Shown piece after piece: positions 43,838-52,226 of a stretch of DNA of 64,000 nucleotides. The translations under genes and the position numbers were made by a program. Position 1 is the stretch's first letter. Each line of letters opens with the position of its first letter. The stretch comes from Corallococcus sp. (GTDB lineage: Bacteria; Bacillota; Clostridia; Christensenellales; CAG-314): NCBI GenBank assembly GCA_023665205.1, contig JAMPEJ010000004.1, forward strand, positions 93,112-157,111. Reading direction: 5' to 3'. The notes beneath the pieces are model-generated. The model was not told where the DNA came from and made no database searches. It saw only the letters and a program-made list of their open reading frames with translations.

Positions 43838-44515
43838 TTATTTAAGCAAGGTCTGCAGTTGCGATCTTATTTGCAAACTTTGAGCGTCGGTATCCCTACG
43901 CTCGCTTCTTGGAGCGTTTATTTCCGCTTCCAGCGTCATCGTTGCCGGTCGCCCCTGCAAAACGTATATTCTATCAGCTAGCGCAATTGCATCGTCGATA
44001 TCGTGAGTAACAAACAAGACCGTTTTTTGTACGACGCTCAACATTTTGTCCAACACAATGCGCAATTGAAATTTCGTTCCGTAGTCCAAATTGGAAAAAG
44101 GTTCGTCCATCAGCAAAACGTTTCTGCCGGAAGCGAAAGCGCGCGCCAAGGACACTCTCTGCTGTTCTCCTCCGGAAAGACGCGGAGCGTATCTGTTGCG
44201 CTTATCCAAAAGTTCCGTCATTGCCAATGCCGACTCGATATCCCGCGCATTGCCGCCTTTGGGCAAAACCAAGTCGACGTTCTTCCACACGGATACCGGT
44301 GCCAAACAGGGATTCTGAAACACCAAAGCCGCTTGTCCGTCCTTACGGCAATCGCCGTCATAATCTACCAAACCGGCAATTACGTTAAGCAAAGTAGTTT
44401 TGCCGCAACCGGACTTACCCAAAACCACGTTTACGCCTTCGCCGAAAGAATAACTGAAGTTTTCGTACACTACGTTGTCGCCGTAATTTACGCTTACGTT
44501 TTGTAACGTTATCAT
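43838..44515 (-). CDS. ABC transporter ATP-binding protein (NitT/TauT family)
   Basis: The start at ATG 44515 overlaps the permease stop as ATGA. It has Walker A GKSGCGKTT, the signature LSGGEQQR and Walker B LLMDEPFS. Confidence 0.8.
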   Translation of the reverse strand: MITLQNVSVNYGDNVVYENFSYSFGEGVNVVLGKSGCGKTTLLNVIAGLVDYDGDCRKDGQAALVFQNPCLAPVSVWKNVDLVLPKGGNARDIESALAMTELLDKRNRYAPRLSGGEQQRVSLARAFASGRNVLLMDEPFSNLDYGTKFQLRIVLDKMLSVVQKTVLFVTHDIDDAIALADRIYVLQGRPATMTLEAEINAPRSERRDTDAQSLQIRSQLQTLLK

Positions 44516-45264
44516 TTTGCCGTCCTCCTTTCGATAAGAGCAAATATTCCGCTCAAAAACAAACATATCAAAAGAGCAAGCAACGTAAGCGCCAAAACGT
44601 TTGCGGTAAGTAAATTGACTTTTGCAACGTACATCTGTTTACCCAACCCCAAACGCGGCAAAGCCAACACTTCTCCTGCAATAACCACCTTGATACAAAG
44701 GGGCAAACCGTCGTGACATTGCCAAATCATTGCTTTGCTTATTTGCGGAAACAATACGTAGCGCACTCTTTTGCCTGCGGGTACGTTGTAGATCTTGCAC
44801 AAATCGCAAAGTTGTTTATCTTCCGTTTCGCGCAGGAACGCTCCGTATACAACGGGAAATGTAACCAAAAAAGCCACCGCAACAGGAACGACGGACGAAT
44901 CGCTAAATACCACCATCAACACAAGTATTACGGAAATTGTGGGAATCGCACGCAATACGGTTACAAGTCCGCCGACAAAAGGCTTGACGACAGGATAAAC
45001 TCCCACCCAAAGCGTAAGGACGACGGCCGCGCCGAAAGACAACGCAAACGCAACGACGGCCCGAGCCAACGTAAGCGCAAGAGCCAAATACGTTTGACCG
45101 TTCAAAAGCAGCCTGCCGGCAATTTTGAGCACTTCAAAAGGCTCCGGCAAAACCAAATCGTTGTCGGCGACGGCGGCAAACAGCCACCACAGTAAAATAA
45201 CTACTGCCGCGCTTGCGATAACTTTTACCGCACATACGGAAATTTTTTTGAAAGTTTTATTCAT
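44512..45264 (-). CDS. ABC transporter permease (NitT/TauT family)
   Basis: Multi-pass. The likely start is ATG 45264 (MNKTFKKISVCAV...). Confidence 0.7.
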   Translation of the reverse strand: MNKTFKKISVCAVKVIASAAVVILLWWLFAAVADNDLVLPEPFEVLKIAGRLLLNGQTYLALALTLARAVVAFALSFGAAVVLTLWVGVYPVVKPFVGGLVTVLRAIPTISVILVLMVVFSDSSVVPVAVAFLVTFPVVYGAFLRETEDKQLCDLCKIYNVPAGKRVRYVLFPQISKAMIWQCHDGLPLCIKVVIAGEVLALPRLGLGKQMYVAKVNLLTANVLALTLLALLICLFLSGIFALIERRTAK

Positions 45265-46222
45265 AGAAAATATCTTGCGAAAGCGGCAAATACTGTTGCA
45301 CGGCGGCAAACTTGTTCAGGTAGGTTTCTATGTCCGCTTTGACGTCTTTTGCAAAAACGGGATTTAAGTTACAGTTTTTTATAATTTCCGAAGTGTAATT
45401 CACGTCCAGACTGCTGCCTATGCTTTGCATAAGAGCATTCAATTCTCCGACGTTATTTTGCAAAAACTCGCCGTTGGAAAACACAAGAGTTTTAAGACTG
45501 TCTGCAAACGTTTTATTTTGTAACAAATTCCTTTTGACGATCAAACTCGCTTGCGGATAGCCTGCCGTTTGACTGTTTGTCGCCTGTTGCCACAATTGTT
45601 GCAAATCGAACAGACGGTACATTTCTTTACTCTGCTGTTCGGCCTTTGCAAGCAAATTAGATACGGCCGGTTCACCCAAAACGGCAAATTTTGTTTCGCC
45701 TTTTTGCGCCGCCTGCATCAACAGCGGAATTATCGTCGATCCGTCCTGGTAATACTTTATTTGCACCGCACCGTCCGAAGCGTATTGTACGGTTGCGGCA
45801 TCCAAAACGGTTTTGAACACGAACTCCGGCGTGTTGCCCAAACCTATGCTCAATATTTCCCCTTGCAACTGCGAAACGTCTGCAATATGCTTGGTTCCCA
45901 CAACGTACAAAAGCCCGTGAACGTTGACGCTGTACATGACGTAATCGCTGCGTTTACTGCAAATCGTTACCGCGGCGTTGGTGGGCAAAACGGCCAAATC
46001 CGCTTCGCCTGAGGCACACTTAGCCACCACGTCCTCGCCCGTAGTTACGATTGTTTCTACCGACGTGTCTCCTATATTTTTGCCGCTTGCAATATTGGCG
46101 ACTGCAAGCGCCGGCGCGCCGTCCGGCACATAACAAGTAACGCTGTCGCTGCCATTTGAACAACCGCAAAAAAACAGAGACAACATTGCAACCATAAATA
46201 AAACAACACATATCTTTTTCAT
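45257..46222 (-). CDS. NMT1/THI5-like ABC substrate-binding lipoprotein
   Basis: Lipobox signal MKKICVVLFMVAMLSLFFCGC. Size and operon context fit NitT/TauT-type binding proteins. Confidence 0.6.
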   Translation of the reverse strand: MKKICVVLFMVAMLSLFFCGCSNGSDSVTCYVPDGAPALAVANIASGKNIGDTSVETIVTTGEDVVAKCASGEADLAVLPTNAAVTICSKRSDYVMYSVNVHGLLYVVGTKHIADVSQLQGEILSIGLGNTPEFVFKTVLDAATVQYASDGAVQIKYYQDGSTIIPLLMQAAQKGETKFAVLGEPAVSNLLAKAEQQSKEMYRLFDLQQLWQQATNSQTAGYPQASLIVKRNLLQNKTFADSLKTLVFSNGEFLQNNVGELNALMQSIGSSLDVNYTSEIIKNCNLNPVFAKDVKADIETYLNKFAAVQQYLPLSQDIFYE

Positions 46223-46246
46223 ACGTTCACCTCTGTTCCGTTATAC

Positions 46247-46975
46247 TCATCCGTCGATATCCGTAGGAGGCAACGGCGGAACTAAACCGTCTTTTTGCTG
46301 TTTGGGTGTTTTGTTGCCCAAAGGAGAAGAAATACTTCCGCCGCCGTCGCAACTGCATCCGTCGCCGCAACCGTCGCATCCGTCACCGCCCAATACGGCA
46401 AGCAAAATTATCGCCGCGCATATAACGATGCTGTACGACGAGATCCACAAAGCGCGGATCTCATCCTCCAAATCGCCGCAACTGAAACTGCAACCCAAAA
46501 TAAAACTTAACTGCAATATTCCGTAATATCCCAAAGTGGAAACCCACGTTGTCGTTGTACAAACCACCAATGCTATATATCCGCCCAGCGACAGCAAAAC
46601 AAATACCGTAACGTATATGCCGTAATGACGCGATACTGCAGGTATAAACAACGGCAAAACGAACAAAACCGTGTACGCAACAGCCAAAGCCGCTACGCCC
46701 AGCATCAACCAAATGCCGTTGTCAGTAAAACCGCGGCTGATATACCATGATTGCAAATAAAAACCCATTGCTACGGCATTGATGAAAAAAGCGACGACTT
46801 TGCAAGATATATGCTTGACGCAGCCGATACCTATTCCCACCGCCAATACTCCGGTAGCAATACCGAACATCGTCCAAAAATGCGTGATTTTTGTATAATA
46901 GGCCAAATAACCCACCAACGAACACACCGTCAAAAACAAAAACGACGCTAAAATCGTGCGAGCAAGTCTCCTCAC
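46247..46975 (-). CDS. Multi-pass membrane protein of unknown function with a Gly/Asp/Cys-rich C-terminal tail
   Basis: The likely GTG start at 46975 follows GGAG. It has about 7 hydrophobic segments. The tail is GGDGCDGCGDGCSCDGGGS. Confidence 0.5.
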   Translation of the reverse strand: MRRLARTILASFLFLTVCSLVGYLAYYTKITHFWTMFGIATGVLAVGIGIGCVKHISCKVVAFFINAVAMGFYLQSWYISRGFTDNGIWLMLGVAALAVAYTVLFVLPLFIPAVSRHYGIYVTVFVLLSLGGYIALVVCTTTTWVSTLGYYGILQLSFILGCSFSCGDLEDEIRALWISSYSIVICAAIILLAVLGGDGCDGCGDGCSCDGGGSISSPLGNKTPKQQKDGLVPPLPPTDIDG

Positions 46976-47213
46976 AAATAACACTCCTTTTTGCGTATAG
47001 ATAAAAGTTCGACACTGTAACGTCAAAACTTAAAACCGCAGTTTTGTGCGTTCTGACGCAAAGTATTGTAGCACATTTTTTACGTCGGCGCAACAAATGC
47101 AATACTTTGCGCGAGTACGTATTGCAAGTCGTAATAAGCAGAGCGGTATAACGGCAAAAGAATAAAAAACTCTCAAAAAACTACAAAAAAACACTTTTAA
47201 TTGAAAATCGCTA

Positions 47214-47242
47214 TTGACTTGGCATTTCTTTTGTATTATAAT
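47214..47242 (+). promoter_or_regulatory. Sigma-70 promoter for the MgtC-family gene
   Basis: TTGACT (47214-47219), a 17-nt spacer, then TATAAT (47237-47242). Confidence 0.55.
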
Positions 47243-47311
47243 AAGCGCGGATTTGAAAAAGGCTTGCGACAAAAGTCGCTTGCCCTTTACTGTATATAGG
47301 AGCGTGACAAA

Positions 47312-48079
47312 ATGTTTTTCAATTTGATATGTTTCGCCGAAGCGGCAAAAGAATTTACCGATCCTTTTGCGTCGCTACCGTTGGAACTAAACTACGTCTT
47401 GAAAATCCTGATTGGCGGAGTTTTCGGTTTGGCGTTGGGCTTTGAACGCAGCCGCCGTCAAAAAGAAGCGGGAATGGCGACACACTTTGTGGTAGGATGT
47501 GCGTCTACGTTACTAACTTGCGTTTCACTGTGGTTCAAAGAAATCGGCAGCGACTACAACGCTGCGGCAAGAATTGCGGCGCAAATCGTTTCCGGAGTAG
47601 GCTTTTTGGGCGCAGGAATGATATTCTTCCGTCGTGAAAGTTTGCGCGGATTAACAACGGCTGCCGGAATTTGGGCCACTGCGGCAATTGGTATGTGCGT
47701 AGCAACAGGAATGTTCTACCTGGCATTGGGAGCTACCGCGCTTATTATTCTCGTACAAGTCGTATTGCACTCGAGATTTATCAAACGGCACAAACAGCAC
47801 CTGCTATTCGTAAAAATGGAATATACGGAAGAAATAAAAGAAAGCATGAGAGAATACTTCGGTTTTCACAATTTTCACCGTCTCAAAGTAACCGCCTCCA
47901 ACGAAACCGTGATGACGGAACATATCGACGAAAACGGCGAAACTGTGCTTACGGAAGGTAAAAAACTTGTTGCCGAAGCGGTAATATATCCCACAAAAAA
48001 TTGCAGCGCGGAAGAAATTACTTTCTTCTTGCGCGAAAATCCGCAAGTGGTTTCCATAGAACGGTTGGAAGATCTGTAA
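47312..48079 (+). CDS. MgtC/SapB-family membrane protein with a C-terminal soluble domain
   Basis: It has ILIGGVFGLALGFERSRRQKEAGMATHFVV, typical of the MgtC N-terminal domain. Confidence 0.7.
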   Translation: MFFNLICFAEAAKEFTDPFASLPLELNYVLKILIGGVFGLALGFERSRRQKEAGMATHFVVGCASTLLTCVSLWFKEIGSDYNAAARIAAQIVSGVGFLGAGMIFFRRESLRGLTTAAGIWATAAIGMCVATGMFYLALGATALIILVQVVLHSRFIKRHKQHLLFVKMEYTEEIKESMREYFGFHNFHRLKVTASNETVMTEHIDENGETVLTEGKKLVAEAVIYPTKNCSAEEITFFLRENPQVVSIERLEDL

Positions 48080-48146
48080 GTCTACGCACAAGAGTGTAAA
48101 AGAAATTTACAAAAAGTTCTGCGGAAAATAAAGCGTATAAAACGAA

Positions 48147-48184
48147 GACGGCGTGCAATAATTTGCACGCCGTCTGTATTTTTA
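48147..48184. terminator. Rho-independent terminator between convergent genes
   Basis: GACGGCGTGCAA-taat-TTGCACGCCGTC forms a 12-bp stem followed by TGTATTTTTA. Confidence 0.7.
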
Positions 48185-48283
48185 CAAATTTATTTATACG
48201 TCCTCAACGTTATAAGTACGGCAAAGATTCACTTACAATTGTCTACCTTTTCGCTGTGCAATAATAACGCGCTGCAGAGCGTT

Positions 48284-49090
48284 TCAATCTAAGGATTGTA
48301 TTATAAGCGTGCCTGTCAAAGTTACCGTTTCGTAACCTTCGCAAGAAACGACCCATTTTACTTCGTACACGCCCGCTTCCGTCGCTCCGTGTGCCTGTTC
48401 GCCGTTGTACGTCACGGTAATTCCTACGTTGCCGGGCAAACTGTTTACGTCTATATTTAGTTCCAATTTGTGTTCGGCACCGTCGTAAACCACAGTTTTA
48501 TCCGCCAGCGACATATCCGGAAAATGCAATGCAAGTATCACGAGAGTACGGGTTATGACTATCGTTTCGTAACCGGCCTTAGATACCGTCGCTTTGACGG
48601 TATATTCTCCGACGTCCGTTACTCCGTCAGTAATTACGCCGTTGTAAGAATAAACCACTTCGGTGCCCTCCGGCAAGGTTCCCGTAACCGTCAAACAGTG
48701 TTTGTTTCCGGTATAGTTGACGCTGGAATTGGGCATAGAAACGTTTGAGTCAAACTTTTTCCCCTTTATTACAAGCGTTGCGGAAAGTTGCAACGGTTTG
48801 TATCCGTCGCAAGTAACGATCGCTTTTACGTCGTACGTCCCGACGTCTGTAACGCCGTCCGATCCTATTGCGCTTTCCGAGCCCTGCAAACAGTAAACAT
48901 AATTTACTTGCGCTCCCTTCGGCAACTCGCCGACGACAGCCAACGAATGCTTTGCTCCGTCGTAATCCACGGTTTTGTCGGCAAGCGTAACTCCGGTAAT
49001 TTCATCCTGACCGGCGCATGCGACAAAACACGCACACAAACACAACAATACTGCCGAAATAATAAATGCAGTAGTTTTTTTCATATACAC
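48284..49090 (-). CDS. Surface lipoprotein with three tandem MBG-like Ig-fold repeats
   Basis: The signal is KKTTAFIISAVLLCLCACFVAC. There are three repeats of the form LADKTV.YDG..H.L...G.LP.G..V.Y.YNG......GVTDVG.Y.VKA.VS..GY....L...L.I. Confidence 0.6.
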   Translation of the reverse strand: MYMKKTTAFIISAVLLCLCACFVACAGQDEITGVTLADKTVDYDGAKHSLAVVGELPKGAQVNYVYCLQGSESAIGSDGVTDVGTYDVKAIVTCDGYKPLQLSATLVIKGKKFDSNVSMPNSSVNYTGNKHCLTVTGTLPEGTEVVYSYNGVITDGVTDVGEYTVKATVSKAGYETIVITRTLVILALHFPDMSLADKTVVYDGAEHKLELNIDVNSLPGNVGITVTYNGEQAHGATEAGVYEVKWVVSCEGYETVTLTGTLIIQSLD

Positions 49091-49177
49091 CCCTCCGCTT
49101 TTATCGTGAGTAATTACAAATATTTTACTTGCAAATTATATTACATAATTGCGAACCTGTCAATTTTTGCGCCGCTA

Positions 49178-49206
49178 TTGACTTGCACTCGCCGCTGTGA
49201 TACAAT
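49178..49206 (+). promoter_or_regulatory. Sigma-70 promoter with an extended -10
   Basis: TTGACT (49178-49183), a 17-nt spacer ending in TGa, then TACAAT (49201-49206). Confidence 0.55.
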
Positions 49207-49239
49207 AAATTCTAAAACAATTTAGGGAGAAATTCTTTT

Positions 49240-50238
49240 ATGGGAATATGGGACGACTTGAAAAACGGTCTAAAACAAGCGGTAAATTACGATAAAAATA
49301 AACCGTACGTGCAGGCATGGCAATCGATAAGCAAATACGATACGATAATAATACACCGTCATAAAAACCCAGACGGCGACGCTATAGGCAGCCAAACGGG
49401 ATTGAAACTTGTACTGAAACACAATTTTCCGGAGAAGAAAATTTACGCGGTAGGCGACGACCCAAAACGTTACGGTTTTGTGGAAGGCAGCGTCCCCGAC
49501 GAAGTTGCGGACGCGGAGTACGAAAACGCTCTTGCTATCGTGTTGGACAGCGCCGACACTCATCTCGTATCGGACGAGCGTTACAAAACGGCAAAAGCCA
49601 CGCTACGTTTTGACCACCACATATTCGTTACTAAGTTTTGCGACGTAGAAATCGTGGATACCGCGTTTGAAAGTTGCGCGGGATTAGTCGCCAACTTTGT
49701 GCAAACTTGCAATTGGGAAATTCCGCAAAACGCGGCGAAAGCGTTTTTTACGGGAATGGTTACCGACAGCGGACGTTTCCGCTACGACTCCACCACACCC
49801 AAAACTTTGCGCGTGGCGGCGGATCTGTTGGACATCGGTTTCGATCTTAACGACGTGTACACGCCGCTTTACGCAGACGACTTCGATATGATCAAATTGC
49901 GTGCGCAATTTGTATTGAACGTGCAATTTACAAAAAATAACGTTGCGTATATATATACCGACAAACAGCGCGTAAAAGATTTGGGCATAGACACTTTTAC
50001 CGTATCTCGCGGTATGGTAGGCGTGATGTCGGATATTCGCGGCGTTGACGTTTGGGTAAACTTTACCGAAACGGACGAAGGCGTACTGTGCGAACTGCGT
50101 TCTAAAAAACACAACGTAAACCCGATTGCGGTAAAATACGGAGGCGGCGGACACGCCAAAGCCAGCGGCGCATGCGTATGCGACAAGGAAACGGCGCTAG
50201 CAATGCTTGCCGACCTTGACTTACTAGCCAAGGAATGA
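49240..50238 (+). CDS. nrnA: DHH/DHHA1 phosphoesterase, NrnA-like (nanoRNase/pAp phosphatase family)
   Basis: It has IIHRHKNPDGDAIGS, DHH (RFDHHIF) and the DHHA1 motif GGGHAKASGA. Confidence 0.7.
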   Translation: MGIWDDLKNGLKQAVNYDKNKPYVQAWQSISKYDTIIIHRHKNPDGDAIGSQTGLKLVLKHNFPEKKIYAVGDDPKRYGFVEGSVPDEVADAEYENALAIVLDSADTHLVSDERYKTAKATLRFDHHIFVTKFCDVEIVDTAFESCAGLVANFVQTCNWEIPQNAAKAFFTGMVTDSGRFRYDSTTPKTLRVAADLLDIGFDLNDVYTPLYADDFDMIKLRAQFVLNVQFTKNNVAYIYTDKQRVKDLGIDTFTVSRGMVGVMSDIRGVDVWVNFTETDEGVLCELRSKKHNVNPIAVKYGGGGHAKASGACVCDKETALAMLADLDLLAKE

Positions 50239-50315
50239 TTTGATAAAAAATCAACCGCGTTATATTTGAAACGGCACGATAACAAACTACAATAAAAAAA
50301 AACGAGAGGCAACAT

Positions 50316-51302
50316 ATGACCGAACAAAAAGAAACGATGAAAAAAATATTGGACAAAATAGAGCAATACGACAAAATCGTTATTGCACGCCACAAAAGGC
50401 CGGACGGCGACGCAATAGGCTCCACCCTGGGGTTACGCGGTATATTGCGCCTGACCTATCCGAAAAAAGACGTGCGGCTGATAAACGGCGATATGTCCGA
50501 CTATCTTGCATTTTTGGGAGGAGAGGACGAACCCGTTGAGGACGAATGGTACAAAGACGCATTGATGATCGTTGTAGACACGGCAACCCTTGACAGAATA
50601 TCCAATCCTAATGCACACTTGGCAAAAGAAATTGTCAAGATCGATCACCACATTGATATAAAACCTTACGGCGATTTGTGCTGGATAGAGGATTGGCGTT
50701 CCTCGGCATGCGAAATGATTGCATTCTTTTACGACACGTTCAAAAACAAACTCAAAATGGATCTGCAAACGGCAACGTACGTATTTTGCGGAATGGTTAC
50801 CGACAGCGGACGCTTCCGCTACGAAACGGTGACCGGCGACACGCTGCGATTGGCAGCAAACTTGTTAGACTTCGGCATAGACACCGACACAATGTATGCC
50901 CACCTGTACTTGGAAGACTTCGATTATTTGAAATTTCAAGCGTACGTGTACAAAAAAATGCAAATTTCCGAAAACGGAGTGGCATATCTGTACGTAGACA
51001 AAAAAATGCAAAAGAAATTTGCGCTGACAAGCGAGCAAGCCTGCGAAGCCATTTCCTTCTTGAAAGGAATAAAAGGCTGCATTGCCTGGATAGCTTTTAT
51101 AGAAATGGCAGACGGCACAATACGCGTGCGCTTGCGCAGCCGCTTTATGACAATAAACAAATTGGCGGAAAAATACAACGGAGGCGGACACGAATACACC
51201 TGCGGCGCAACCCTTACAAACAAAAAGCAAGCGGCGGAACTGATTGCCGACGGCGACAAAATGGTTGCGGAATACAAAGCAACGCACGAAGGTTGGCTGT
51301 GA
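50316..51302 (+). CDS. Second DHH/DHHA1 phosphoesterase, NrnA-like paralog
   Basis: It has VIARHKRPDGDAIGST, KIDHHID and GGGHEYTCGA. Its architecture matches the upstream gene. Confidence 0.7.
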   Translation: MTEQKETMKKILDKIEQYDKIVIARHKRPDGDAIGSTLGLRGILRLTYPKKDVRLINGDMSDYLAFLGGEDEPVEDEWYKDALMIVVDTATLDRISNPNAHLAKEIVKIDHHIDIKPYGDLCWIEDWRSSACEMIAFFYDTFKNKLKMDLQTATYVFCGMVTDSGRFRYETVTGDTLRLAANLLDFGIDTDTMYAHLYLEDFDYLKFQAYVYKKMQISENGVAYLYVDKKMQKKFALTSEQACEAISFLKGIKGCIAWIAFIEMADGTIRVRLRSRFMTINKLAEKYNGGGHEYTCGATLTNKKQAAELIADGDKMVAEYKATHEGWL

Positions 51303-51469
51303 CGATAGACGTGAACCGAATACCATGTCGAGCAACGCCGAAACATTTAGCGACAACGAAAAAATAAGGTGGCGCTATGCCATATGACATAATGGAAACG
51401 CCACGCCGGATCCCTCCGCTTCGGTCGAGATGACATGAACCTACGAAACAATGCAAACGGAAAAAGAAA

Positions 51470-52162
51470 ATGAAAATACTAATTACCAACGACGACGGAA
51501 TAGACAGTGTCGGACTTGAAATACTTACCAAATGGGCAACCAAACTGGGCGACGTGACGGTTGTGGCGCCAAAAACTCAACAAAGCGGTAAAAGCCACGC
51601 AATAACCATACACAGCCCGTTTGAAGTACAACGGGTCTATTTGGGACTGGGCGAAGTTGCGGCTTACAGCGTAGGTTCCACGCCCGTAGACTGCGTGCGG
51701 TTCGGCACGCTTGGCTTACGCTCGCAATACGACCTGATACTGTCCGGAATAAACCGCGGATACAATATTGGCGAGGACGTGCTGTACAGCGGCACGGTAG
51801 GCGCAATATTCGAGGCGGCATTAAGGCATACGCGCGGCATTGCTTTTTCCACTGTCTACACCGGCTTTGAATACGCTGAAGCGGCGCTGGAAAGTATTTG
51901 GGAATACTTCAAGACGCACGAGCTGTTTGAACGTCACTTGATTTATAACGTAAACGTACCTCCGGAGCCGAAAGGAATACTTGAAACGCGCCAAGGCGGA
52001 CCGTATTTCAACGACGAATTTGTGGATCTGAACGACGGCACTTGGCAGCAAAACGGATATTGCGTACACGATAACCGCCACGACCTGACATTGGATACGG
52101 ATGCAACTGTAGACGGTTACATTACAATTACGCCGCTGACCACCGACCGCAGCGCACACTGA
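51470..52162 (+). CDS. surE: 5'/3'-nucleotidase SurE
   Basis: The N-terminal signature MKILITNDDGIDSVGL is present, along with GINRGYNIGEDVLYSGTVGA. Confidence 0.85.
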   Translation: MKILITNDDGIDSVGLEILTKWATKLGDVTVVAPKTQQSGKSHAITIHSPFEVQRVYLGLGEVAAYSVGSTPVDCVRFGTLGLRSQYDLILSGINRGYNIGEDVLYSGTVGAIFEAALRHTRGIAFSTVYTGFEYAEAALESIWEYFKTHELFERHLIYNVNVPPEPKGILETRQGGPYFNDEFVDLNDGTWQQNGYCVHDNRHDLTLDTDATVDGYITITPLTTDRSAH

Positions 52163-52182
52163 AATCAACTTTAAGCAACAAT

Positions 52183-52213
52183 AAACCCCAAGCCATTCGG
52201 CTTGGGGTTTATT
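52183..52213. terminator. Bidirectional rho-independent terminator
   Basis: AAACCCCAAGCC-attc-GGCTTGGGGTTT lies between convergent genes. Confidence 0.75.
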
Positions 52214-52226
52214 GATATATTTCGTA

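Noticed and set aside
1597-44515. Recurrent 4-nt ATGA stop/start overlaps (1597-1600, 15286-15290, 29895-29898, 41125-41128, 44512-44515)
   Set aside because: This is ordinary translational coupling in compact operons. It is useful for choosing start codons but is not unusual in itself.
51368-51404. Imperfect hairpin (GTGGCG...CCAT...ATGG...CGCCAC) in the 167-nt gap upstream of surE
   Set aside because: It has a short stem with large internal loops and no following T tract. It shows no resemblance to a riboswitch class I can recognise, so it may be incidental.
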